This document shows, in pieces, positions 16,233 to 24,320 of a stretch of 43,164 nucleotides of DNA. Both the position numbers and the translations under genes were made by a program. Position 1 is the stretch's first letter. Each line of letters starts with the position of its first letter. The stretch comes from a virus. The DNA is taken from IMG/VR virus record IMGVR_UViG_3300015245_000019; one strand, 5' to 3'. Under the pieces are notes generated by a model that saw only the letters and a program-made list of their open reading frames with translations, ran no database searches and was not told the DNA's origin.

Positions 16233-16336
16233 CCCCGATCCTTGGGAACTGCTAAATCCAGAAGACCCAACCTCTCACGAACTTGTAGGTCCATTCATTC
16301 CACCAGAACCAGCCCTTCCACGAAAATGGAACTGGG

Positions 16337-17254
16337 TCACGTTTGCACGCGTAAATAGGCATTTGCCACGCAACGGCGAGCGTCGGCGTCGGAGAGAGAG
16401 GGTGTACTCCTCCTGGCGCCAGAGAGTACGACATGATGTGCATATGACTCATCGATGTTGGACTCTGCCAATGACGCGGCTGTTGCGAACGCAGCTGCAT
16501 GTCGGCCCGGCTCGTGAACTCCATGGCTGAGAAACCTCCTTGCTGTGACGGTGAGACGGCCCCAAATCTTGTCGAGGGTTACGGGATGACCGGACTCTTT
16601 GTCCCTACGAAGAAGGGATCGATGTTCTCGTTCATCTCCAGCTGCTCTCCAAATGGGGTGGTGTTCCCAGTCGGCGAAGCCGACTGGCTCTCCCCACTGG
16701 AGGACTCGGGCAGTCCTTCCTGTCTTTGTGTTTGTTGTGAATGGACAACGGGCGACCCTTGCTGCGTCACTGACGGTTGTATCGAGACGACAACCGAAAG
16801 AATCGCCAAGTTGATCTCTGACGGTAACGAGTAAACGGCGCACGCCGTGTTCAAACGCTCTTGCCACCAGTGGAGCACTATGTGGTTCTGTGTCAAGAAG
16901 AACCCAAGCTTGGACGCCTCTTCCTGTGTCAATGACAGCCGGATAGATTCTCCGTCCCAAAAGACCTTCGGCCAGGTCGATTGCGGCAAGGGCCGCGGCA
17001 ACTGGGGCACATTCCCCATCAACTGGATCCAGGTCGAGAACGATTGCTCCAATTCGGTCAATGTCGGTCCCTTTGATGCGGATTCCACGCCACTGGTTCG
17101 TGTGATTTAACCCGATGTAGGTATTGTAGCCGAGTCGGTCCATGTTCGCAGCGATTCGTTGTAGCCCGGAGGGGCGCTCCACGTGTCCACCAAGTACCTC
17201 GCCCGAAGGGCGACGAGCGAACCAGCGGAGGAATCCGGCCGAAGGCCGGACCAT
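16337..17254 (-). CDS. AEP-superfamily DNA primase-polymerase
   Basis: Trimmed to the ATG at 17254, the first start after the upstream stop at 17274. Motif I AIVLDLDP (DxD), motif II DTGRGVQAWV, motif III RLDTTVSDAARVARCPFTTNTKTG. A C-terminal helical PriCT-like region follows. Confidence 0.7.
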   Translation of the reverse strand: MVRPSAGFLRWFARRPSGEVLGGHVERPSGLQRIAANMDRLGYNTYIGLNHTNQWRGIRIKGTDIDRIGAIVLDLDPVDGECAPVAAALAAIDLAEGLLGRRIYPAVIDTGRGVQAWVLLDTEPHSAPLVARAFEHGVRRLLVTVRDQLGDSFGCRLDTTVSDAARVARCPFTTNTKTGRTARVLQWGEPVGFADWEHHPIWRAAGDEREHRSLLRRDKESGHPVTLDKIWGRLTVTARRFLSHGVHEPGRHAAAFATAASLAESNIDESYAHHVVLSGARRSTPSLSDADARRCVANAYLRVQT

Positions 17255-17273
17255 CTCCCAGAGCGCTTCCCAA

Positions 17274-18191
17274 TCATCCGGCGGAGCCGAAGCCTGCGAC
17301 GATCTGCTGCATGTTGTGACGGGTGGCGTAGTGATCGACGACAGTGTGGCCGATGTGCCGGACGAAAGTCTGTACATTCTCCATTTCCTTGCCTCGCAGG
17401 GCGAGAAGATCTTTCATGCCGGGGGACATTGTGGGGCCGGCCTGGAAGAGGCCGACACCCCATGCCCAGGGGAACTCGAAAGTAAGATCTGGATGGGCGG
17501 CGCGAAGCTCCGCCCAGAACTTCCAGACGTGACAGTTGGGGTTGATGAGTAAGTGCGTGTCGTGGAACACAACGCAGCCGCGGGACGAGAGCCGCGGCGC
17601 CCACGTTTCGAAGTCGTGCTTTACTTCTTCGTAGCTGTGGCCGGCGTCGATGTGGAGTAAGTCGATGGAGATGTCGTTGAACTTGGGACGAGCTTCGTCG
17701 AGGGTCGAACGGATCAGCTGCACGCTGTGGTAGTCGTTCTCTCGAAGGTAACGTTGGAGGTCTTCAATCACGGCGTCACCGTAGAAGCCGCTGTTCTCGT
17801 CACCGTGGAAGGTGTCGATGCCATAGATGCGCGTCTTAAGTGCCAGCTCTCGGCAGATCTGGGCGATGGTACAGAGGCTGTCGCCGCGGTAGACGCCAAG
17901 TTCTACCGCGACTGAAGGTCGCACCAGGGCAACGGCGAGAGAGAGACATGGCAAGGATGGGTGGTAATCGTTCACGCCAGTAAGGCGGTCGGGAAGAGAG
18001 AGAATTGTCGGATACTGAACGATGTTAAACACTATTCTCTTCCCCACATCGCCAGCTGGATACAACACACAATAAAGCAAATTAAGGCTGCTCCCATCAA
18101 TAGATACCAGAGTAATTCGACGAACGCTTTTACCATCGCTCGCACAGTCCTGGATGGACTGCCGTTCCCGCGCGAAGCGCGAAGCCCGCAC
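17274..18191 (-). CDS. Class I SAM-dependent methyltransferase (Methyltransf_24-like)
   Basis: Motif I VELGVYRGDS, then IYGIDTF and IDLLHIDAGHSYEEV. The true start is probably internal: the first ~60 nt overlap the upstream gene and 18000-18130 is AT-rich. Confidence 0.65.
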   Translation of the reverse strand: MRASRFARERQSIQDCASDGKSVRRITLVSIDGSSLNLLYCVLYPAGDVGKRIVFNIVQYPTILSLPDRLTGVNDYHPSLPCLSLAVALVRPSVAVELGVYRGDSLCTIAQICRELALKTRIYGIDTFHGDENSGFYGDAVIEDLQRYLRENDYHSVQLIRSTLDEARPKFNDISIDLLHIDAGHSYEEVKHDFETWAPRLSSRGCVVFHDTHLLINPNCHVWKFWAELRAAHPDLTFEFPWAWGVGLFQAGPTMSPGMKDLLALRGKEMENVQTFVRHIGHTVVDHYATRHNMQQIVAGFGSAG

Positions 18192-19050
18192 CTTCGAGTG
18201 CCACCCGTTCGCCCTCGGTGGCGTCTGATGTCGAAAGGGACACCGGCCCTCCGGCGCGGGCCTCTAGAAGAAAGTGGAGGAGAAACACGAAGAGGCCGCG
18301 GCCTCGCCACGCTGGCTTCAGATCGATAAAGCCGTCATCGCCCTCTACGGAAATTGTGACTGTTGCGACCGGCTCAGAAGAGGAGTCGAAGGCGGGATAA
18401 ATCGACCAGCTATTGGGCCAGATGACTGGCTTGTCGATCGGTCGTTGTCGCTTCTCCCGGATAGGTCTTTCAACGTCGCGCAGCGACGTCAGTTTGTTGT
18501 GCCAGACGATGGCCTCTTCTCCGGAGATGTGGAGGCGGTGCATCTCCGCGAGCCAGAAGGCGTCGCCCCACTCGTTGGCGCCGAAAGTGGCGAACTGGGC
18601 TAGTCCGCGGGGCACGACGGCGCAGGACATGGTGATGGTCTTCGGGCCGAGCAAGGCGCTGGTGCCGTGGTGGGACGGCATTAGCACGTTGCCCGGACCA
18701 AAGCCGCGGAACAAGTGGATCTTTGCGCCGGAATCTTCGGAGAGGCCGGCACGGATGGTCTCTAACGCCGTAGGTGCCGGGACCGTGTCGAGCGGCAAAG
18801 CCCAAATCCAATCATTTCTAGCAGCCTGGAAGGCTGGCGGAAATGAGTCCCAGAACATCGACCACGTCAGTGGTCGATCCATTACGGTGATCTTCAAGTC
18901 GCCAAATACGTCTTTTGCGGCGCGGAGCGCCGCCTCCCCCTCCGAGCCGGGATCAAGGACGAGGATCAGCTCGTCGGAAGGAAGCCAGATCTGGTTGGAG
19001 AATGCCCGAAGGGCACTGGCTGATGGGTTAACGGCTACGACGGATACCAT
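18130..19050 (-). CDS. GT-A-like glycosyltransferase fused to a GNAT acetyltransferase-like domain
   Basis: 306 aa. N-terminus VSVVAVNPS...LILVLDPGSEGE resembles the GT2 start and DxS motif. C-terminus IDLKPAWRGRGLFVFLLHFLLEARAGG...LEGAGFAL resembles GNAT motif A (R-G-x-G) and the terminal GF. Confidence 0.5.
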   Translation of the reverse strand: MVSVVAVNPSASALRAFSNQIWLPSDELILVLDPGSEGEAALRAAKDVFGDLKITVMDRPLTWSMFWDSFPPAFQAARNDWIWALPLDTVPAPTALETIRAGLSEDSGAKIHLFRGFGPGNVLMPSHHGTSALLGPKTITMSCAVVPRGLAQFATFGANEWGDAFWLAEMHRLHISGEEAIVWHNKLTSLRDVERPIREKRQRPIDKPVIWPNSWSIYPAFDSSSEPVATVTISVEGDDGFIDLKPAWRGRGLFVFLLHFLLEARAGGPVSLSTSDATEGERVALEGAGFALRAGTAVHPGLCERW

Positions 19051-19083
19051 AGGAATGTCACCAAAAGACCGTAGATGTTGATT

Positions 19084-20019
19084 TCATCGGGATTCCTCTT
19101 CCGCAAAATGTGACTTAGCATCAGCTGCTCTTGGGCTTCCATTATCATATCTCTGTTCGGCATTTTGGAAGAATCGATCGTCGCGTAAGTCCACGAGTCC
19201 CCTACGTGCATCCCAATATGGTGAGAGGACGTTGCCGAATCGATTGAGATCTGCCAGCCGGTTCTGGGTAGGTTGACGTCGGCCGTTGGCAATGTCGTCC
19301 ATTCGATCGGCCCAAACTGCGATGTCGAAGAGGGCATTTTTCACTTCCTCCGGACGAATCGGGATCATCTCTTGGATGAAAGCCGTCTCGGGGCGTTCCT
19401 TGATGGCTTTGTGGGACAGCTTTCGTGTCACGTTGAGGATTGTTCCGCCGTATTGACCATCTCCGAGGGCCAATTTCTGCTCGATGAGAAAGCTGTACAC
19501 CAGCTCGTGAAGAGACCGCTCCTGTGAGGCCACATAGACGGCGATCGGTGTTCTGTCACTGATGGTCTTGTATTGGACGTTCCACACTTTGCCGTCCCGC
19601 GTGCGGAGCACGCGGTCAGGCGTGCCGAGAAGTGTGTGGTCGGCCTTGGAGCCGGCCCAGTACGGAAGAGGTGCCTCCAATGGCGTCTCTATGAAGAGCG
19701 TCTCCTGATCGGCAACGAAGTCGCTGTAGTGATCGAAGAGCGAAAGGAGTCTTTCCGCCTGATCGACGAACTGCTGGACTTCTTCTTCGTCGCCGAAGAC
19801 TGCGATTTTGTCGCGCATCTCGGCCATCCTTGGGATGGCAGAAGCAAGGGCCGCGGTTTTACTCCCGGTCTTTGTGGCCTCCGCTAGGAGGCCGTGCCAG
19901 AAGGTGCCGACGTAAAGCTCGGCTGCGGGACGACGCGGGATGCGTCGGACGACGGCGCGCGCCCACCAGTCCCATTCGCAAACCAGGAACGAATTGATGT
20001 CAGATACCGAGAGACGCAT
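19084..20019 (-). CDS. PD-(D/E)XK (RecB/Cas4-like) nuclease
   Basis: ATG at 20019 with a GAGGG RBS. N-terminus MRLSVSDINSFLVCEWDWW. Core GTPDRVLRTRDGKVWNVQYKT matches the D...(D/E/Q)xK layout. No C-terminal Cys cluster. Confidence 0.6.
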   Translation of the reverse strand: MRLSVSDINSFLVCEWDWWARAVVRRIPRRPAAELYVGTFWHGLLAEATKTGSKTAALASAIPRMAEMRDKIAVFGDEEEVQQFVDQAERLLSLFDHYSDFVADQETLFIETPLEAPLPYWAGSKADHTLLGTPDRVLRTRDGKVWNVQYKTISDRTPIAVYVASQERSLHELVYSFLIEQKLALGDGQYGGTILNVTRKLSHKAIKERPETAFIQEMIPIRPEEVKNALFDIAVWADRMDDIANGRRQPTQNRLADLNRFGNVLSPYWDARRGLVDLRDDRFFQNAEQRYDNGSPRAADAKSHFAEEESR

Positions 20020-20303
20020 CCTTGCACCCTCGAAAGACGGTAACGGGACATAGAGCCGTAGTTTTCCATGATGATGATGTTGTTCAGCGTCCGTAAGGCA
20101 GATCCATTGGGGCTTCCAGGAGGCCAATAGAGAGCCAGATAGGCAGCGCTGACGGTCCTACTGTGGAGTGTTCCATCATTGAACATGTGGAAACACGGTG
20201 TGTTATTTGAAGCGAAAGAGTGGCGTTTCCATTCGTGTGCGACGTCCCAGTTCTCTAGAAGGTGAGCACGCAACACCTCAGCTGTCTCTAAGCGGGTCTT
20301 CAT
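19884..20303 (-). CDS. Hypothetical protein; 3' third overlaps the nuclease gene
   Basis: ATG at 20303 with a GGAGAAAGGA RBS. The last ~45 codons overlap the nuclease ORF out of frame and become low-complexity, so the true end is doubtful. Confidence 0.3.
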   Translation of the reverse strand: MKTRLETAEVLRAHLLENWDVAHEWKRHSFASNNTPCFHMFNDGTLHSRTVSAAYLALYWPPGSPNGSALRTLNNIIIMENYGSMSRYRLSRVQGCVSRYLTSIRSWFANGTGGRAPSSDASRVVPQPSFTSAPSGTAS

Positions 20304-20322
20304 TTCGGGTCCTTTCTCCAGT

Positions 20323-21171
20323 TCAGCTACGCTGAACTGGATTGAAGGCTTGCTCGGCTCTTGCCCAGGTCCAGGCGACACCGGCTTTGGCCGTTGTAAT
20401 GGAAGAAGGCACACAGAGCCAGTAGTCCTTGTAGGTGCCGTCCTTTTCTGGCGTGTTGTTTACGACTTTTAGCATACAGAGAGGTTCGTCGTTGGGGATC
20501 TCGGCACGGAAGAGTTGGCCCCAGTCGTCCTGGTGGATGGGCTTCAGCCCCATCGAAGAGATGTAGTTCTCCTTCCCGTAGCAATCGATCAAGATCCTTC
20601 TCTGCTCGATGTTTTTACAATCACGGATCATCGAGATCGGGATCTCGTGGGGGCGCATCACGGCCAGTTCGCCGACTTCGATGCCACGGATGAAGTAGAC
20701 CTTCAAGCCGTCACTGAAAGTGATCGCTGGGCCTTTCGTACTGTGGAGAGAACCGGTCTGGTTGAAGTGAACTGTCACCGGGAAGAAGTCGGACTTGTCG
20801 CCGATCGGAGAGAAGTAACAGGCCTGCCGCCAGACGGTTAGCACGTTGTTCGATAGAGCCCAGGCATCGGGCTGAGTGCGTGGCTTGAACGGTGCGACGT
20901 CTCCGCGATAGTGGATCGCCTCTGTGCCGTAGGTCGGAAAGAGAGCCTTTGCGGCACGGTGCGCCGCGAGACGAGCGCGATCTATTTCGGTCATTGTCGC
21001 AGTGTCAGTGTTGATTGGTTCTGTATCCATGATTAGAGATGGATCCTGTTGAATTTGTGTCCAGCCAGGAGTTGGTGCCCAATGTTGTTGTTGTGAAGCG
21101 AGTTGCTGCCACTCGCGGGCGGCAAAGACCTGCCACCGGGGTGGCGGGGGCTCTTGCGGTACCCCCGCCAC
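20323..21171 (-). CDS. Hypothetical protein with DUF6745-like C-terminal domain
   Basis: Start set at GTG 21171, the first start after the upstream stop (an ATG at MDTEPIN is an alternative). The C-terminus NIEQRRILIDCYG...YWLCVPSSITTAKAGVAWTW resembles DUF6745 as I recall it. Confidence 0.4.
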   Translation of the reverse strand: MAGVPQEPPPPRWQVFAAREWQQLASQQQHWAPTPGWTQIQQDPSLIMDTEPINTDTATMTEIDRARLAAHRAAKALFPTYGTEAIHYRGDVAPFKPRTQPDAWALSNNVLTVWRQACYFSPIGDKSDFFPVTVHFNQTGSLHSTKGPAITFSDGLKVYFIRGIEVGELAVMRPHEIPISMIRDCKNIEQRRILIDCYGKENYISSMGLKPIHQDDWGQLFRAEIPNDEPLCMLKVVNNTPEKDGTYKDYWLCVPSSITTAKAGVAWTWARAEQAFNPVQRS

Positions 21172-21187
21172 CTGCGCCGAAGGCGCC

Positions 21188-21580
21188 TCAGTCAGCGACC
21201 TGACGGGCTTTTGCTTCTCTGTCTCGGGTCTCGGAGCCGTGCTCGTACTCGCGCTGCCGGGTGACCTTCCAGAGACCGGGTTCGAGGGTGATCGGGCCAT
21301 GCTCAGGATGAGTGACCGTAACGCCTTCGGGATTCCGAACATGGAGAATCATCTCCTCGATCGCAGCGTTGTCGTCGGCAGTCAGGACGACAGTTTCCTT
21401 GTCCTCTTCGAGTGCGTGGAAGTGTCCGGTGATCTCGCCCTCAGCGAGGACGATCCGGCCGTAGGCCGTCTTCGTAGGGCTGTAACGGAAGCCCTTCGGG
21501 ATCGAGTCGATCTTCTCGAAGAAGATGTCGCCCTGATGGGCCTGGAGCGGCGGCTGTGCATCCTTCTCTTTCTTCGCCAT
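21188..21580 (-). CDS. Conserved phage protein of unknown function (QGD...EGE.TGH.H...HPEH...QREY pattern)
   Basis: 130 aa. QGDIFFEKI, LAEGEITGHFHAL, THPEHGPITLEPGLWKVTRQREY form a pattern I recognise from many phage genomes. No known function. Confidence 0.6.
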   Translation of the reverse strand: MAKKEKDAQPPLQAHQGDIFFEKIDSIPKGFRYSPTKTAYGRIVLAEGEITGHFHALEEDKETVVLTADDNAAIEEMILHVRNPEGVTVTHPEHGPITLEPGLWKVTRQREYEHGSETRDREAKARQVAD

Positions 21581-21597
21581 TTGAGCCTCCTGTGCCT

Positions 21598-21870
21598 TTA
21601 GTGTTGCTGCTCTGTGCTGCCGTCCACCTCGTGGGTCTCTACTGCCCAGTCGTCCTTCTCCAGCTCCTTCGTTAGTCGGCTGGCCTCTAAGCGAAGCGAC
21701 TCGGAGAGGAGTGCCATCATCATCGACTCTTTCAGCTTTGCCGGAACCGTGTCCGGGAAAGGTTGTGCCATGGTGGCACGTACCACGAAGACCGTGGAGG
21801 ATTCAAAACCGCACACGATCGAGATGTTCATTGCGCCGGCGAAGTCTTTGTCGTCGTCGTTTTTCTTCAT
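21598..21870 (-). CDS. Hypothetical acidic protein
   Basis: 90-aa ORF with an ATG start. It fits the gene spacing on the - arm. Confidence 0.45.
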   Translation of the reverse strand: MKKNDDDKDFAGAMNISIVCGFESSTVFVVRATMAQPFPDTVPAKLKESMMMALLSESLRLEASRLTKELEKDDWAVETHEVDGSTEQQH

Positions 21871-21904
21871 GTGGGTCCTTTGATGCCGGCACCTACGGCC
21901 GGAT

Positions 21905-22234
21905 TCACCGTTTGCGTTTCAGGATCAGGGAAGGGAATCTCTTATTGTCGAAGGCCGTTACGAACATTCGCACCGGTCTCGGGAGAGGGATTGTCACTTT
22001 GTAGTTTGTGTCTATGTATTGAAAGAACTTAAGTCCAACCACGGGGTAACGATTTCTGAAGGTCTTTCGCTTCATGTACTGGGCGACTGGGCACGCCGAG
22101 CCATCGCTCGGTATTCCGTAGCAGTTCATCGCCTTTAAGCGGCGGGCAACAATTACTCGGGAAGTGCCGAGCGCTTTTAAAGCGGTATAGGCTTTCTCTT
22201 TTATGGCTTCCGGTGTCTCTTTCATTCCTTTCAC
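21905..22234 (-). CDS. Small protein, paralog A of the CP[VL]AQY pair
   Basis: 109 aa. It aligns by eye with 22328..22654: ALKALGTS / ALTALGSS, CPVAQY / CPLAQY, VRMFVTAFDNKRFPSL / VKTMARNFDQGQYPFL. Confidence 0.55.
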   Translation of the reverse strand: MKGMKETPEAIKEKAYTALKALGTSRVIVARRLKAMNCYGIPSDGSACPVAQYMKRKTFRNRYPVVGLKFFQYIDTNYKVTIPLPRPVRMFVTAFDNKRFPSLILKRKR

Positions 22235-22256
22235 GTCGTTCCTTTCTGCCGAAGGC

Positions 22257-22328
22257 AGGCGCCGGTGGGACTCGAACCCACGTCAACGGGGTTGCAATCC
22301 GTCGCGTCAACCCTTCCGCCACGGCGCC
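22257..22328 (-). tRNA. tRNA-Cys (anticodon GCA)
   Basis: Hand-folded from the - strand sequence GGCGCCGTGGCGGAAGGGTTGACGCGACGGATTGCAACCCCGTTGACGTGGGTTCGAGTCCCACCGGCGCC+T. Acceptor stem GGCGCCG/CGGCGCC. T arm GTGGG-TTCGAGT-CCCAC. Anticodon loop TTGCAAC. Three-bp D stem with a G13/A22 mismatch, one A-C mismatch in the anticodon stem, 4-nt variable loop. Discriminator U, no encoded CCA. Confidence 0.85.
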
Positions 22329-22654
22329 TATACACGTATGCGGGTCTCAGCTCCCGGTCCTTCCAGGAAAGGATATTGTCCTTGGTCGAAGTTGCGTGCC
22401 ATGGTTTTCACGGCAATTGGCCGCCGGAAAAAGAAGAATTCGTCAGTCGCAACTTCTCCTTTCGGAACGACGGAGGTGATGTATTGGGCCAATGGGCAAG
22501 AAAGAGACTTACCTCTTTCTCCTTTGATGCCGAGCTTATGAAGAGATGCGGCGCATTCGTCGGGAGAAGAGCCCAGAGCTGTCAAGGCTGCTTCTACGCG
22601 TTCTTGGAGATCCAGTCGTTCCTTGGTTCTGGACTGATGTGGTCGTCCCTTCAC
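22328..22654 (-). CDS. Small protein, paralog B of the CP[VL]AQY pair
   Basis: 108 aa from a GTG that overlaps the upstream stop (GTGA). Its TAG stop shares one base with the first base of tRNA-Cys. The 190-aa version in the ORF track overlaps the upstream gene and was trimmed. Confidence 0.5.
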   Translation of the reverse strand: MKGRPHQSRTKERLDLQERVEAALTALGSSPDECAASLHKLGIKGERGKSLSCPLAQYITSVVPKGEVATDEFFFFRRPIAVKTMARNFDQGQYPFLEGPGAETRIRV

Positions 22655-23160
22655 TTCAAGTAGACGATCTTCACCGGTTTTCTGCCTTTCACGACTTTCC
22701 AATAGATGCCACTCCTCGTCGGGCGATTCACACGACGGCCGAAGACGTCGTAGTACCGCACAGTTGGGGCCGGCTCGGGGGGGGAGGATGGCAAGGCCAC
22801 TCCCGTTACCGGGCCGAAGTAAATGGTTGTCGAGGCGCAACTTGGGCCGGCAGTGTTGCGGGCTACTACGTAGTAATGGCCCGCTTCGGCCGTGGTCCAA
22901 CTTTCAGTTAAGCCTTCGCGACCGACGGCTGGGACTGTGGCTGCAAGCCGTGCTGCGCCGCCGGTGATCGGGACCTGCCAGATCTCGATGGTCTCTAGTT
23001 GATGGATCGGCGGACCGCCGCCGTTACAGTCATAGGTCGTTGAGTCGGCGATCAATTGGGCGCTGTCCGGGTTCGTCCACGTCATCGTCCATGGCTGGGC
23101 GCCCACGCAGGGCGCCCAGAGGAACACTGCTAGTGCTGTTGCTAAGGTTTTCCACCCCAC
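22651..23160 (-). CDS. Secreted Fn3-like protein with T9SS-type C-terminal tail
   Basis: Signal peptide MGWKTLATALAVFLWAPCVGA|QPW. Beta-rich middle (GHYYVVARNTAGPS). C-terminus VRYYDVFGRRVNRPTRSGIYWKVVKGRKPVKIVYLK resembles the last strands of Por_Secre_tail / FlgD-Ig-like sorting domains. Confidence 0.5.
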   Translation of the reverse strand: MGWKTLATALAVFLWAPCVGAQPWTMTWTNPDSAQLIADSTTYDCNGGGPPIHQLETIEIWQVPITGGAARLAATVPAVGREGLTESWTTAEAGHYYVVARNTAGPSCASTTIYFGPVTGVALPSSPPEPAPTVRYYDVFGRRVNRPTRSGIYWKVVKGRKPVKIVYLK

Positions 23161-23215
23161 CCCTCCCCCCTGAGCCGAGCACTATCCCGACCCGTTTTTA
23201 CTGAGCCCTTCGGGC

Positions 23216-23536
23216 TCAGCCGCTGCAATGGGTGCCGTCTTCCCAACAATAGCCTGCCGGGAGCGGACCGATGAAGCCGACTGGATAAGTGCAGTAATAG
23301 AGCACTTTTATGTCGCCGACGACCACCCTTTGGAGCTTAGCGTCCCAGCGGGAGTAGTGGATGGTCTTTTGGATGTGTGTGGCGTCGATCCAGGTCCAGC
23401 TCACTGCGTCGTCAGCGGTTGGATCGCCAACGGCGTGGATGCCAGACGGCGGAGCCGGCGCAAGGACCGTATCGGTGGTCTTCGAACAGCCGAATAGAAC
23501 GATACCTAGTACTGCGAGCGAAGCGAGCAGACGCAT
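23216..23536 (-). CDS. Lipoprotein
   Basis: Strong AGGAGG RBS. Signal peptide with lipobox MRLLASLAVLGIVLFG|C. 106 aa, Cys-rich C-terminus. Confidence 0.65.
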   Translation of the reverse strand: MRLLASLAVLGIVLFGCSKTTDTVLAPAPPSGIHAVGDPTADDAVSWTWIDATHIQKTIHYSRWDAKLQRVVVGDIKVLYYCTYPVGFIGPLPAGYCWEDGTHCSG

Positions 23537-23572
23537 GGGACTATCCTCCTGTTACGGTGTTGGGACCCCAAA

Positions 23573-23593
23573 GGCTTGGTCTTTGACCAAGCC
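23573..23593 (-). terminator. 9-bp hairpin followed by UUUGGGG on the - strand, after the XRE gene
   Basis: GGCTTGGTC-ttt-GACCAAGCC read directly. The - strand RNA continues UUUGGGG. It lies between the XRE stop (23642) and the lipoprotein start (23536). Confidence 0.5.
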
Positions 23594-23641
23594 CGCCAGG
23601 GCTTGGGATGCCGTCCTTGGCGGAACGGTGCGGCATTTGTG

Positions 23642-24112
23642 TCAAGGCTTTGCGAGATGATCGCCATGATGTTTCGGAGCCCAAGAGATGTCGCCGAACG
23701 TCGCGAGGGACACCCCAAGGGCCTTGGCAAGGATTTTCATCCGCTCCTGAGACGGGATCCGGAAACCGGATTCGATAGTGCTGAGCGCTGTAGGAGTAAG
23801 GCCAGCAAGTTTTGAGAGCCGAGCTTGGCTCATCTGTTTCTCCTGCCGAACTTCTCTCAACTTTTCGGTATAAGCCACAAAGCCTGGAATGGATCTGTTG
23901 CGCTCTCGGAGATGCAGCCAATCGACGCCCCTGTGCTTTTTCGGCTTTTCTGTCCGTGCTTTGCCTTGCATTGAAGCGACAGCTCCATTAGCTGTGCTGC
24001 TAAATCGCTTTAGGATTTCGTTGACAGTGTCTCGGTCCTGCGCCGAGTCGTAAAGAGTCTTGATTTTGAGGGCTGTTTCGAAATTGGCCATGAAACTATC
24101 GTGATCGGTCAT
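23642..24112 (-). CDS. XRE-family helix-turn-helix transcriptional regulator
   Basis: The C-terminal region QMSQARLSKLAGLTPTALSTIESGFRIPSQERMKILAKALGVSL is a classic HTH_3 pattern. The N-terminal ~85 aa are unassigned. Confidence 0.75.
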   Translation of the reverse strand: MTDHDSFMANFETALKIKTLYDSAQDRDTVNEILKRFSSTANGAVASMQGKARTEKPKKHRGVDWLHLRERNRSIPGFVAYTEKLREVRQEKQMSQARLSKLAGLTPTALSTIESGFRIPSQERMKILAKALGVSLATFGDISWAPKHHGDHLAKP

Positions 24113-24320
24113 TGGTCTTCCTTTCGGTTACGGGCCGCAGGCCCGGCCCTTGACGGAGAAGTCGAGTTCTTTCGGTTGTAATGTGGTCCATTGCCTCTTC
24201 GTCGAGGCGAAGGGTTGCGGAGCCGGCATGGATGAGCCAGTAGACTCCGTCGGACTCTTGGATGTACTCCAGGAAAGGACCTGCCGTGCCGGTTGTGGCA
24301 ACAACGGCAGTGGCCTTCAT
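24096..24320 (-). CDS. Hypothetical protein
   Basis: 74-aa ORF coupled to its neighbours by short overlaps on both sides. Confidence 0.45.
   Translation of the reverse strand: MKATAVVATTGTAGPFLEYIQESDGVYWLIHAGSATLRLDEEAMDHITTERTRLLRQGPGLRPVTERKTNDRSR

Noticed and set aside
16252-16524. The 90-aa ORF overlapping the 3' end of the primase-polymerase gene.
   Set aside because: It lies mostly inside the primase frame. It has no RBS and an implausible composition.
23642-24112. The XRE regulator as evidence that the phage is temperate.
   Set aside because: I recognised no integrase, recombinase, excisionase, partition genes or att-like repeat anywhere in the 43 kb. An HTH regulator alone is not enough.
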